A DNA stretch of 32,000 bases from Geotalea daltonii FRC-32 (GTDB lineage Bacteria > Desulfobacterota > Desulfuromonadia > Geobacterales > Geobacteraceae), in the NCBI RefSeq assembly GCF_000022265.1, contig NC_011979.1, forward strand, positions 1,050,001 to 1,082,000. Direction: 5' to 3'. Under the pieces are notes generated by a model, which saw nothing but the letters and a program-made list of their open reading frames with translations, did no database searches and was not told the origin of the DNA. Of the stretch, positions 9,567 to 18,863 are shown in pieces; position 1 is the stretch's first letter; each line of letters starts with the position of its first letter. The position numbers and the translations under genes were made by a program.

Positions 9567-10396
9567 CAGACCCCCTTCCGTTCGAGTCGTAGCGGCATCG
9601 TATCTTTGACCGCATAGCCCATGTACATCACTTTCGTGCATCTGCCCTCGATGAGCTGTAGCCGCAGGGCCAGGTCCTTGTAATTCCATTCGCCCCTGGC
9701 ACGGCGGCGCAGGTAGCTGAGGGTTCTGATGGGAGAGGTGGCCGGCTTGATGCCGCGATGTTCCCTCCAGCCCAGGTGACTTTTTTCCAGGAGCATTTTC
9801 AGTTCCTCCGGTTTGATGAATTTATTCCAGGTGTGCAGCTCGGGTGGCATCACGGCCCAGCGTTTCCATTTCTGCAAAACACCGATGGCCACCAGCCAGC
9901 TGGCGAGCGTGCGGTTAATGGTGTCGTAGCAGAAGATGCCGCCGGGCTTGAGAACCCTGGCGATCTCGGCCACCGTTCTTGTCTGGTCCTGCACATGCTC
10001 CAGCACGTCACAGCAGAACGCCACGTCGAACGAATTATCCGGGAAGGGAAGATTCTCGCCGACTGCCTGCAGATACCCTATGGAGAGCCCCCCGGCTTTG
10101 GCGTGATCGGCGGCAACCTGCAAGGCCGCCGCCGAAGGATCGATGCCTGTGGTCGTAAAACCCAAGGCCGCTATTTCTTCAGAGAGAATGCCTCCACCGC
10201 AGCCTACTTCCAGTGCGGTTCCCCCTTGCCGGCCATGCAACCGCTCGCGGAAATAGTTAATCCGCACAGGGTTGAGCGCGGTCTTCAGCATGTAGAGCGC
10301 CGAACGGGGCTGCCACCATGGATCCCGGTCAAAAATCGCCATGTCTGCAGGGGCTTCTGTCCTGCCTTGAGTGTGGGACACATGCCTCATTTTCAA
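9566..10396 (-). CDS. Class I SAM-dependent methyltransferase (UbiG/UbiE-like)
   Basis: LEVGCGGGILSEEIAALGF (motif I) and FDVAFCCDVLEHV. The start is uncertain: TTG 10396, ATG 10390 or ATG 10342. Confidence 0.75.
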   Translation of the reverse strand: MKMRHVSHTQGRTEAPADMAIFDRDPWWQPRSALYMLKTALNPVRINYFRERLHGRQGGTALEVGCGGGILSEEIAALGFTTTGIDPSAAALQVAADHAKAGGLSIGYLQAVGENLPFPDNSFDVAFCCDVLEHVQDQTRTVAEIARVLKPGGIFCYDTINRTLASWLVAIGVLQKWKRWAVMPPELHTWNKFIKPEELKMLLEKSHLGWREHRGIKPATSPIRTLSYLRRRARGEWNYKDLALRLQLIEGRCTKVMYMGYAVKDTMPLRLERKGV

Positions 10397-10705
10397 AAGT
10401 ATAGCATGTGATTTTTTTTATTAAATGTCGGCCTGCTTTACAGGGAAACTCTCCCTCATTGGTAAAAAGCTCGCGAAATCAGGGTAGAGTGGATGGTACG
10501 GGATATGAAATACGTACACATACTCAATAATCGGAAGAGTTGTTTTACGATCGACCGGCAGGCTGCAGCCGGCGGTTGTGCCGGTGCGGCGGGCTTTAGG
10601 GTGGGTTTTTTACCAGGATTGGCTTGTAAGCCATTCCGACGTCGCTGTCGGAGGAATTTACAGAGTTTGGCATTCAACTGTCGACGACACTGGTGGAGGT
10701 ATGAC

Positions 10706-11437
10706 ATGAACTGGTTTGACTTGCAGGTTGTTACCTTTCTCAATGGCTTTGCCCGGCAATCTTGGCTCTTCGATAAGACGATGAACATCTTTGCCGGTAA
10801 CATCATGTTCAAGGGGGGGATTGTCATTCCCCTGCTCTGGTGGCTTTGGTTTCGCCGGGACAAGGGTGCACAGGACAAGGCATACCTGCTGTCTACCCTG
10901 GCGGTATCGTTCCTGTCGTTGATGGTTGCCCGGCTGCTGGCGCTGGCGCTCCCTTTCCGGCTGAGGCCGCTGCACAACCCCCAACTTGACTTCACCCTTC
11001 CCTTTGGCACAAGGCCAAGTTCCCTGGAAGGATGGAGCGCCTTTCCCAGCGATCATGCTGCCCTCTTCTTTACCCTCGCCACAGGCATTTTCCTGCTGTC
11101 CCGCCGGGCCGGCATCTATGCCTATCTCCATGCTATTTTCATCATTTCCTTTCCCAGGGTCTACCTGGGGCTGCACAATGCCACCGACATCCTTGGCGGC
11201 GCAGCCATCGGCATAGCTATTGGATACCTGGTGCACCTGGATCGCCTGAGGCAGCTGACCGCCTCCCACCTGCTCAAATGGGAGGGCGCCTGCCCGGGTC
11301 TTTTTTATGCCTGCTTTCTGGTCATCAGCTATCAGATGATCTGCATGTTCGACCCGTTGCGCATACTGGGAAGCGAATCCCTGTTAATGGTCAAGCATCT
11401 GATCAAAGAGGCCGTGTTCACCGCCTGGGCGAAATAA
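10706..11437 (+). CDS. PAP2-family (type 2 phosphatidic acid / lipid phosphate) phosphatase, membrane protein
   Basis: PSDHAALFF and FPRVYLGLHNATDILGGAAIG match the PAP2 motifs. ATG at 10706 is preceded by GGAGG (10695-10699). Confidence 0.8.
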   Translation: MNWFDLQVVTFLNGFARQSWLFDKTMNIFAGNIMFKGGIVIPLLWWLWFRRDKGAQDKAYLLSTLAVSFLSLMVARLLALALPFRLRPLHNPQLDFTLPFGTRPSSLEGWSAFPSDHAALFFTLATGIFLLSRRAGIYAYLHAIFIISFPRVYLGLHNATDILGGAAIGIAIGYLVHLDRLRQLTASHLLKWEGACPGLFYACFLVISYQMICMFDPLRILGSESLLMVKHLIKEAVFTAWAK

Positions 11438-11441
11438 CCTC

Positions 11442-12377
11442 TTACCCTCTGACCTGCAGGACGATCTTCCCGCGGGCGTGATGTGACTGGCTTAGCATCT
11501 GAGCATTCCGGGCTTCTTCAAGGGGAAGGATCTTGCCGACGACCGGTTTTATATCGCCTGCTTCCACAAGTTCGGCGATCTTGCCAAGCTCCTTGCCGTC
11601 CGGGTGCATGAAGAGGTAGCCGACCCTGACGCCTGTTTGCTCAGCCAGTTCATGGTCCGGCTGTTCCAGGATGGAGACCATGGCCCCGTGCTGCTGTCTG
11701 AGTACCTTGAAGCTTTTGCGATAGGTTTCACCGCCGATGGTGTCGAAGACAATGTCGTAATCGTGGAGCTGCAAGGAAAAATCTCCCTTGGTGTAATCGA
11801 CGATCTGATCCGCCCCCAAGGACCTGACGAAATCAACATGTGCGGAGCTGCAGGTGGCGGCAACATAGCAGCCCTTGCTTTTTGCCAGCTGGATGGCGAA
11901 GGAGCCGACTCCGCCGGACCCGGCGTGGATCAGCACCTTGTCATCCTTTTTCATCCTGGCAAAATCCACCAATGCCTGCCAGGCCGTGAGCCCCACCAGC
12001 GGCACCGCTGCCGCCCCCTCAAAGGAGATGTTTGCCGGTTTCATGGCCACGTATTTCTCGTCAACGGCCACATATTCAGCATAGGTGCCGTTCCTGGCGA
12101 TATCGGTCCGACTGAAGACCTTGTCCCCTCTCTTGAATTTCGTGACTTCGGGGCCGGTGTCCACCACTACACCCGCCGCATCCCAGCCGAGGATAAGGGG
12201 AAACCGGTGGTGCAGCATATCCTGAAGGTAGCCTTCCCGTATCTTCCAATCCACCGGATTGACGGAGGCCGCATGAATTTCGATCAGCACATCCCTTTTC
12301 GTCACTGCCGGCTTCGGCAGGTCCATCAGCTGGAGCACCTCAGGTCCACCATATTTTTCAATGGCAACAGCTTTCAT
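11442..12377 (-). CDS. Zinc-type alcohol dehydrogenase / NADPH:quinone oxidoreductase-like (MDR family)
   Basis: MKAVAIEKYGGPEVLQLMDLPKP...IHAASVNPVDWKIREG and the IHAGSGGVGSFAIQLAK Rossmann motif. ATG at 12377 has GGAGGAAA upstream. Confidence 0.85.
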   Translation of the reverse strand: MKAVAIEKYGGPEVLQLMDLPKPAVTKRDVLIEIHAASVNPVDWKIREGYLQDMLHHRFPLILGWDAAGVVVDTGPEVTKFKRGDKVFSRTDIARNGTYAEYVAVDEKYVAMKPANISFEGAAAVPLVGLTAWQALVDFARMKKDDKVLIHAGSGGVGSFAIQLAKSKGCYVAATCSSAHVDFVRSLGADQIVDYTKGDFSLQLHDYDIVFDTIGGETYRKSFKVLRQQHGAMVSILEQPDHELAEQTGVRVGYLFMHPDGKELGKIAELVEAGDIKPVVGKILPLEEARNAQMLSQSHHARGKIVLQVRG

Positions 12378-12456
12378 GGCTATTTCCTCCCGGCACTGGA
12401 GAATGAACATCCTCTGAAAAGTGTAGCAACTACTGGAAGGAATGAAAGGCCGGCAA

Positions 12457-13251
12457 TCAGTGTCTGCGGCGGTGGAGCGCCTCTTCGACCGATTTTTTCC
12501 GGGGGCCGTCGAGGCGCCCGGATGCGAGCAGCTTTTTCAACTCGGCGGTATTCAAACCGGGGAGGAAGAGGTCGAACCAGATGAGCGGCGTTCGCTGGTT
12601 CTTGAGAATGGCGCCGATTATATTGGGGCGGGTTTTCCAGCGGGGGTGGCGTGCGATCATGGAGATGTTTTCGGCAGTGGCCCTGGCGCTGCTCAGGAAC
12701 TGAAAAATGAAGGCCTCCTTGATCTGTGGGTTTGAGAGACATATTTCCACGACCTGGGGATCTCCTTCCCTCAAAAGGGCCTCCAGGACGGGTGCCGTGC
12801 CGCGGCGGGCGAGGGTCAGCTTGTTGCCCAGGGGAGTGGTGGGGATGCGCTGGATGACGGCCCGTTCCGCAGCCAGTTTCTGGTCGGGAGTGACGCCGGG
12901 GAGAAAACAGACAGCCACCAGCTCGAAAAGATAAAGGTGCGGCAGCAACATGGTGACGATGGTGCCGGGGGTGTTCGGGTTTTTCACCAGGGCCAGCTTC
13001 AGGTTGTGGCTCTCGGCGGCGAGCGGCAGTTTGTGGATGGCCTTGATCAGGTCCTCAGGCAGGTCACGCCGTTTCAGGAGTGTCAGCAGGTGGGCTTCAT
13101 CCAGCGCCGGATTGCGCAGAGCCGCTCGCAGCACCTCAATGGAGGGCGATTGCAGCACCAGGTACAGCTCATCCTTGCCGGCGGTCAGGGCACTATGCAG
13201 CTGGCGGGATGAAGCTGGATCAAGGATATGTTTTTTTTCAGAGTCTTCCAT
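12457..13251 (-). CDS. Hypothetical helical-repeat protein (LRV/HEAT-like repeats)
   Basis: 264-aa ORF with recurring L..NP..P...L..LL units (ALRNPALDEAHLLTLL, LVKNPNTPGTIVTMLL, CLSNPQIKEAFIFQFL, ILKNQRTPLIWF). No enzyme motif was seen. Confidence 0.55.
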   Translation of the reverse strand: MEDSEKKHILDPASSRQLHSALTAGKDELYLVLQSPSIEVLRAALRNPALDEAHLLTLLKRRDLPEDLIKAIHKLPLAAESHNLKLALVKNPNTPGTIVTMLLPHLYLFELVAVCFLPGVTPDQKLAAERAVIQRIPTTPLGNKLTLARRGTAPVLEALLREGDPQVVEICLSNPQIKEAFIFQFLSSARATAENISMIARHPRWKTRPNIIGAILKNQRTPLIWFDLFLPGLNTAELKKLLASGRLDGPRKKSVEEALHRRRH

Positions 13252-13306
13252 CAGGGGTATCGCTATTTAGCTCAGGTTCCCAGATTCGCCCCAGTCATTT
13301 TTCACA

Positions 13307-13336
13307 AAACGGCTACCTCTGGAGAGGTAGCCGTTT
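13307..13336 (-). terminator. Strong hairpin between two minus-strand genes (terminator-like)
   Basis: aaacggctacctc-tgga-gaggtagccgttt: a perfect 13-bp stem with a 4-nt loop, 42 nt downstream of the 13378 stop. The flanking T-tract is weak. Confidence 0.55.
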
Positions 13337-13377
13337 ATAACCTGATATACAACAGGTCTCAGTACATGCCCTGCCAG

Positions 13378-14217
13378 TTATCTTCTGTGTTCGCCGTTGC
13401 CCCCGTCAGGCCTTCCTTCGTGCCGTTGTGGCTCTGATCTTCCCTCTTGGCGCTGGTTTCTGGGCTGATAATGCCGTTGTTGCTCCTGCCTTTGGGGTTG
13501 CTGGGCCTGGGGTTGCGGTTGCTGTTGAATGCGAGGTTGTCTTTGTTGATACTGTACTTCCGGCCTCTGATATTGCTGTTGCATTTCCTGTGGCTGTCTC
13601 TGTCGCTCCATTCTCCGCGGCTCTTCTTTTCTCGGTTGAGGAGCTCTCTGCTGTTCTACGCTCTGCTGCCGGTGGCGCTGAACCTCAGGTCTTTGCAGGT
13701 ATTGCCTTTGCCTTTCCTGTCTTATTTCTACCCTCTGCTGTCTCGGAGCGGGCCGATAGCTTTGAACGCCCCAATTTCCGTGCCTTTCCCAATAACGAGC
13801 CTTATTCCAGCTTTTCCAGTTTTGCTGAAGTTGGCCGTGGGGGATCCGCTTGTATTTCCACCGGTGCCCATACCAGTTACGGTCTCTGTAGTATGTTCTC
13901 CAACCCGGGTCTACATCGTAGTAGAAGCTTGGTACGCTGTTGTAATATACCCAGCCCCTGTTATAAGCACGTGACCTATACCAACGGCCATCCCATGGCC
14001 TCCACCACCAGCCGTTCCAGAAAAACAGTTCATCCTCAACATCGGGAACAACGTAAACACCTGTGGTTTCGGGAATCACCAGCACCTCAGGAGGTGACGA
14101 AAAGGCGATTAATGGCGGCAGTGAAATTCCCACATTTACATTTATCCCTGCCATTGCCGGGATAGGCACCGCAATTGCCAGTGCCAAGAGAATGGCTGCT
14201 AATACTGATTTTTTCAT
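13378..14217 (-). CDS. Exported protein with a Trp/Tyr/Arg-rich core and a Q/R/P/E low-complexity tail
   Basis: MKKSVLAAILLALAIAVPIPAMA signal peptide, with ATG at 14217 preceded by GGAGG. The tail contains QRPEVQ twice and long QQ/PQ runs. Confidence 0.7.
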   Translation of the reverse strand: MKKSVLAAILLALAIAVPIPAMAGINVNVGISLPPLIAFSSPPEVLVIPETTGVYVVPDVEDELFFWNGWWWRPWDGRWYRSRAYNRGWVYYNSVPSFYYDVDPGWRTYYRDRNWYGHRWKYKRIPHGQLQQNWKSWNKARYWERHGNWGVQSYRPAPRQQRVEIRQERQRQYLQRPEVQRHRQQSVEQQRAPQPRKEEPRRMERQRQPQEMQQQYQRPEVQYQQRQPRIQQQPQPQAQQPQRQEQQRHYQPRNQRQEGRSEPQRHEGRPDGGNGEHRR

Positions 14218-14909
14218 TGTCTTGCCTCCGTCCAATGTCTTTGGTTCCCAGAACAAGTGAGTTACCCCATGCTGCGCAAGCTGTTTCAGTAAGCATTTCT
14301 GCTGTCCATCATAGTACTACCGTAAGGCTTTAGCCATTATTATTTGACAAGCAGGTGCTGCAAGGTCGGGTCACGTCACAGCGCGTCAGCGCCTTTGTGT
14401 CGACGCCTTGTTAGCCGTTTATTGCTTGCTTCTCAACTGCCTCAACCCGAAATACTCTCCAGCGGCGTCAACACTGTCGATATTACTCATCACCCCATAT
14501 TCAGCTTTTGGAGGTTTTCCAGGTTTGACAAAATAATAGCCGACATCCATTTGCGGTTTGAAGACTGTCTTCTTATTGCCTGTTACGACCTCAAATTTCC
14601 ACGCATATATCCATGAACAGAAATTCCGGCTTTTTGAAGCTTCTGTTCCTCGCCTCCCAAGAGGCAACAACTGTTAATTATTGCTATTTTATTGCATAAA
14701 TATAATTCTTTTTGCAATTTACAGAAATCACTGGTAGTGTCGCTCCTGGTCTCATGCTGTGAAGCACCATAATTTGCTTTCATCAACGGAGACGATAAAA
14801 ACATGGGGCTTCTCTGAAGGCTCCAACGGGGAGGTGTAGAGGCAGGCATATGATTTGATGGACGAAGCGATTGTTAACATCATCATTTAATGGAAAAGGA
14901 GAACAAAGC

Positions 14910-17297
14910 ATGGGGAAATTTTTAGTTCTAGCTGCTGTTTCATTTGCATCAGTGACCCTGATGGCTGCCAGCCAGGTCCAGGCAATAACCTATCAGACCC
15001 CACCCGTTTCAATGACTTACCATAATGGCGCGTCAAGCCAGGCCACATCGGTAAAAACCGATTCTCAGGGTAACATCTATGAAGCAGTAACCTCCATGGG
15101 TGAAAACGGCACGATCGTAAAGTTTACACCAGACGGGCAGACCGCCTGGACGGTGGATTTTGATCCCAGCAACCCGAGACCCGCAGACAAGATGGGCAAT
15201 TTTGTCACCAGCACAGGGATCGCTGCTGTTGCAGTTGACCGGAACGACAATATCTATGCCGTAGGAGAGTCCCACAACGGGATTGCACTCGATTGCCTGC
15301 TCAAGAAGTACAACGCCGACGGTACCCTGATCTGGCAGACCAGGTACAGTGTCCCCCAATCGGGCACCATCATCGAAGATCAGTACTGCCATGACATCAC
15401 AGTCGACAATGCAGGAGACATCATTGCCGGCGGAACTTCGTTAATCTTCAACGGAACAAATTATTCAGGTTACGGCAACCAGATTTTGAAATGGGATGCA
15501 AGCGGAAAGCTGATTGGAAAGTTCAATTTGAAAACCAACGGAACTGCGGCTTGCGGTCCAGCTACCCCCTGCCAGTCCCAGATCATGAAAGTTGTTACCG
15601 ATCTGAATCAGAACATCTACGCCATAGGGAAAATGGGTGGCGTATATGCCAATACGACATATTATCGCAAGTTCAGCAAAGACCTAATGCCTCTTGCCAA
15701 TCGTTATGCATATATCAATAATAATCTAAAAACCACTGCAATTGCGGTGGATACACAGGGCCATGTGTTCGGTAGCGGCTATGAAACTGTTTACAGTCCA
15801 ACTAGCGGCCATAATGCTGTTTATCGCACGATGAATGTTTTCGATTCGAATCTGAACATGCTGTGTGACGACAAAACGTATGTGGGGTTGCTGACGCAGT
15901 ATACGGATCCCACTCCTTATGGTTTCAATGCCATTGTTATCGGGCCGGACGAAAAGGCTTATCTGGCTGGAAGCCAGGACAAAAGTTTTGCCGTGATGGC
16001 ATATAATGCACAGTGCCAGCCCCAGTGGCTGGACGCTGCCGGGAATCCTGCCCTCCTGAAAGCGCAGGTGGACTCTTCGGATTTCAGCAATGCAGTCACA
16101 ATTGACAACAACAACAATCTGATCATAGCCGGCCGGAAGTCCGACCAGGTGGCTACTGATGCGGTTACCGTAAAGTTCGCACCAGTGGTGACACCAACAT
16201 CGTCCGACTTGGTTATTTCAGCTTTATTCGCCCCGAGCGCCCTAAAAACAGGACAAACTTTTAACGCGGGGGGATACTTGAGAAACCAGGGCGACGGACC
16301 AACGGGTGATGCTGTTTCAGGTGCCCACTGGCTTGGTTTATATCTCTCTACCGATAACATCATCAACCGGCAGGATATCCTGTTGTGCCGCACCCCGGTT
16401 ATCGCCCAGGCCGGCAGCCAAACACTGACATATCACTGCGAAGGAACCCCTCCGGCCAACCTCCTCACAGGGACATACCATGTAGGCGTGATTACCGACG
16501 ACGGCAACTTGATCTCCGAAACGGACGAAACCAACAACACCCATTCCGAACAATTGCAGTACACGGCACTGCCCGATTTGGTCGTTGTAAGTGGCGCTGC
16601 TCCGGCAAGCGCAGAAAATGGGCAACAGATTACTGTGACCGCCACCATCAAGAATCAAGGGGCTGGAGCAGCCATTAGTACAACGGCAGGGATATACATC
16701 TCTTCGGACAGCGACTTCGCAATGAGCGACTCGCCGGTCTGTAGCGCCGCAGTTGGTACCCTTGCACCAGGTGCGTCACAAGAAGTGTCTTGTACAGGGA
16801 CCATCCCTATGAATACTTATGGCGGAAAGGTCTATATCGGTGTTCTGGCCGATAACACCAATGCTGATGAAGAGACCAATGAAACTAACAATAGTTGGTC
16901 ACAGGCTTTTAGTCTTACCGCACTTCCTGACTTGGTGATTTCAATGGCAGTCAGCCCTGCAACTGCGCAGAGAGGTGAGCAGATTACAGTTAGCGGAACA
17001 GTCTCTAACCAGGGGTACGGGGCAACAGGTACGCAATACTCAGGTTATTATTTTGTGAGCATGTACCTTTCGCAGGACAATGTGATTACTTCGACAGACA
17101 CAGCACTTTGTAGTGTTGGATTCGGAACTACGCCTGCCAACACTACTATACCATTTAGCTGCACTGCTACGATCCCCGCATCCATTGCTGCCGGTAACTA
17201 TTATGTCGGTTTTGTTGCGGACAGTTATGGAAACGGTGTGGTTGAATCCGACGAGACGAACAATAATAAGGTCAATGCAATAGCAATTACACAGTAG
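14910..17297 (+). CDS. Exported beta-propeller-like protein with three C-terminal CARDB-type repeats
   Basis: MGKFLVLAAVSFASVTLMAASQVQA signal peptide, with ATG at 14910 preceded by AAAGGAGA. Recurrent D..GNIYA.G strands occur in the N-terminal half. About 16203-17294 holds three copies of LPDLV-...-GQQITV...NQG.GA...-ETNETNN units. Confidence 0.8.
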   Translation: MGKFLVLAAVSFASVTLMAASQVQAITYQTPPVSMTYHNGASSQATSVKTDSQGNIYEAVTSMGENGTIVKFTPDGQTAWTVDFDPSNPRPADKMGNFVTSTGIAAVAVDRNDNIYAVGESHNGIALDCLLKKYNADGTLIWQTRYSVPQSGTIIEDQYCHDITVDNAGDIIAGGTSLIFNGTNYSGYGNQILKWDASGKLIGKFNLKTNGTAACGPATPCQSQIMKVVTDLNQNIYAIGKMGGVYANTTYYRKFSKDLMPLANRYAYINNNLKTTAIAVDTQGHVFGSGYETVYSPTSGHNAVYRTMNVFDSNLNMLCDDKTYVGLLTQYTDPTPYGFNAIVIGPDEKAYLAGSQDKSFAVMAYNAQCQPQWLDAAGNPALLKAQVDSSDFSNAVTIDNNNNLIIAGRKSDQVATDAVTVKFAPVVTPTSSDLVISALFAPSALKTGQTFNAGGYLRNQGDGPTGDAVSGAHWLGLYLSTDNIINRQDILLCRTPVIAQAGSQTLTYHCEGTPPANLLTGTYHVGVITDDGNLISETDETNNTHSEQLQYTALPDLVVVSGAAPASAENGQQITVTATIKNQGAGAAISTTAGIYISSDSDFAMSDSPVCSAAVGTLAPGASQEVSCTGTIPMNTYGGKVYIGVLADNTNADEETNETNNSWSQAFSLTALPDLVISMAVSPATAQRGEQITVSGTVSNQGYGATGTQYSGYYFVSMYLSQDNVITSTDTALCSVGFGTTPANTTIPFSCTATIPASIAAGNYYVGFVADSYGNGVVESDETNNNKVNAIAITQ

Positions 17298-17317
17298 CAT
17301 CGCCTTTTAGACGGCAA

Positions 17318-17358
17318 AAATGGGGCATGACGTTAACATCATGCCCCATTTACTTTTC
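17318..17358 (+). terminator. Rho-independent terminator of the CARDB gene
   Basis: aaatggggcatga-cgttaaca-tcatgccccattt: a perfect 13-bp stem followed by acttttcc, 21 nt after the stop. Confidence 0.8.
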
Positions 17359-17375
17359 CTCTATTCGGCGCAACA

Positions 17376-17679
17376 GGTGTATAAGTGGTGTCAGGCTTGG
17401 GTGTATAAGTGGTGTCAGGCTTGCAATTGTGCAAGTTGCTGCGATAGCTGTTGCTTCAGCATAGGCGGAGTACCCTTATTTTCCAATGATTTTTACAGGC
17501 GATTATCTCCAGATATCGTAGCCGATGTTCAGCATCAGGGGTGTATAAGTGGTGTCAGGCTTGCAATTGTGCAAGTTGCTGCGATAGCTGTTGCTTCAGC
17601 ATAGGCGGAGTACCCTTATTTTCCAATGATTTTTACCGGCGATTATCTCCAGATATCGTAGCCGATGTTCAGCATCAGG
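17376..17679. repeat. Tandem duplication: 24-mer A (x3) and 116-bp B (x2), arranged A-A-B-A-B
   Basis: ggtgtataagtggtgtcaggcttg occurs at 17376, 17400 and 17540. The 140-bp units 17400-17539 and 17540-17679 differ at one base (17497 a versus 17637 c). The right end of each unit contains the last ~12 codons plus stop (37 nt) of the 17643-18128 gene. Confidence 0.95.
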
Positions 17680-18128
17680 GCGGAAGTGCTTAATATGGCG
17701 ATTTGAATGCTTGTACGACCATGCTTATAACCTATTGCGGGGATAATGCCGAGACCGAGGCCGTTTTTATTCACCGGTATCTTATCTTCATGGGGAGGCA
17801 CATAACCCAGAATCGCCCCTGCAGTAATTTTCAGGAAGAGATGTCTGGATTCCGAGCCGTAGATGAAGCGCTTGCCCCCATAGAGATAGCCGGAGGGCTG
17901 GTAATAGGAATTGCTGAAAATGGCGCCTCCCAACTCCCACCTGGAAGCGGATTCCCATTCCAGACCGGTATACCAGGGGTAGGAATTGCGTCCGGGGGTG
18001 GAGCTGTAATGATAGATATACGGACCGAAGTTGAGTTGCAACAGGTCTCCATCACCGAAAACGTCCGCTTTTGCATGGAAGGTTCCGAAAATGAAAACAA
18101 GATGGAAACAGAGCAGTACAGAGCGCAT
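17643..18128 (-). CDS. Putative small outer-membrane beta-barrel protein
   Basis: MRSVLLCFHLVFIFGTFHAKA signal peptide, with ATG at 18128 preceded by GGAGGAGG. Alternating aromatic/Gly beta-strand pattern (LGGAIFSNSYY, FLKITAGAILGY, IIPAIGYKH). Family not identified. Confidence 0.55.
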   Translation of the reverse strand: MRSVLLCFHLVFIFGTFHAKADVFGDGDLLQLNFGPYIYHYSSTPGRNSYPWYTGLEWESASRWELGGAIFSNSYYQPSGYLYGGKRFIYGSESRHLFLKITAGAILGYVPPHEDKIPVNKNGLGLGIIPAIGYKHGRTSIQIAILSTSALMLNIGYDIWR

Positions 18129-18198
18129 GGACCTCCTCCGCCGTAAGTATAACAGGTCCATGCCCAATGTCAGAGGTTGGGTAATCTACCGAAGAGAA

Positions 18199-18218
18199 AG
18201 GGGGGCCTCTGCCCCCCT
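18199..18218 (-). terminator. GC hairpin downstream of the SnoaL-like gene
   Basis: aggggggc-ctct-gcccccct: a perfect 8-bp G/C stem, 16 nt after the 18234 stop, followed on the minus strand by ttctcttc. Confidence 0.55.
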
Positions 18219-18233
18219 AATCCATTGTGTGGC

Positions 18234-18710
18234 TCATTTGATGACGCCCAGCTGCCTGAAGAGTCCGTAGATGTCCATCACATCCCAGTGTTCGGCAAGT
18301 TTGCCGTCTTGTACCCGAAAGATGTCCACCGCATCGAAACTGTATTTCTGCCCATTTCCCGGAATCCCGAGCCATTCTTTTTCCAGTGTGCCCGAATAGG
18401 TGCCGTATACCCAGACCTCGTCTCCCTCGGCGACAATCTTTTTCAAACTGTAATTCCAATCGGGAACCGCGGCGAACCATGCTGCAAAAAACTCCTTGAA
18501 TCCCGCCGAACCCTGCTTGACCAGCGGGTTATGCTGAATGTAATCGGCACGCACATACCGCTCTACCTCGCTGAGATCCTTCTTGACGAAGACCTCCTCT
18601 GCAAATCTGCCGATAAGTGCCTTGTTCACATCCTTCTCCTTTGCGATCGCTGTTCCACCCATGATGAAAAATAGTCCTGCCACCAACAGGGTTGCCTTGA
18701 TTGCTTTCAT
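18234..18710 (-). CDS. SnoaL/NTF2-like (ester-cyclase-like) exported protein
   Basis: Signal peptide MKAIKATLLVAGLFFIMGGTAIA, then the pattern ...YIQHNP........F..F...PD........I.EGD.V.V..T.SGT....G....G....F...DIFR..DGK..EHWD. Confidence 0.7.
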   Translation of the reverse strand: MKAIKATLLVAGLFFIMGGTAIAKEKDVNKALIGRFAEEVFVKKDLSEVERYVRADYIQHNPLVKQGSAGFKEFFAAWFAAVPDWNYSLKKIVAEGDEVWVYGTYSGTLEKEWLGIPGNGQKYSFDAVDIFRVQDGKLAEHWDVMDIYGLFRQLGVIK

Positions 18711-18777
18711 TTACTGCCTCCTTTGAAAAATAAATTATTCGTCGCTAGCGAGCATGTTGCCAACGATAACAATATAG

Positions 18778-18833
18778 GTTACTATCCGCAAGTAGGCACC
18801 TTTTTGTATTGTAGTTACCTTTTGGTTACTATC
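18778..18833. repeat. Direct repeat GGTTACTATC x2 in the SnoaL/HxlR divergent intergenic region (candidate operator)
   Basis: ggttactatc occurs at 18778-18787 and 18824-18833. The related gtaggcaccttttt / gtagttacctttt lies between them. Any regulatory role is inferred only from position. Confidence 0.3.
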
Positions 18834-18863
18834 GGATCTATCAAGGGGAAAAAGGAGATTTTT

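Noticed and set aside
11604-12584. Long antisense ORFs inside confident genes (631-1134, 3208-3855, 7728-8357, 9758-10411, 11604-12584, 13428-14165 and others).
   Set aside because: These are typical high-GC shadow frames opposite genes with clear family motifs. They have no independent signals.
14419-14670. An 83-aa minus-strand ORF (and the overlapping + ORF 14344-14616) in the 650-bp gap upstream of the CARDB gene.
   Set aside because: No RBS at any in-frame ATG and no family signature. It may be a gene remnant, but I cannot support it as a CDS.
14676-14720. AT-rich TTGCTA / TATAAT-like hexamers upstream of the CARDB gene as a sigma70 promoter.
   Set aside because: The spacing between the best -35-like and -10-like hexamers is about 14 nt, which is too short. 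I cannot support a specific promoter call without transcript data.
17320-17604. A 94-aa + strand ORF with a Cys-rich stretch (CNCASCCDSCC).
   Set aside because: It starts inside the terminator hairpin of the CARDB gene, and its apparent repeats simply reflect the 24-mer/140-bp DNA duplication. No RBS.
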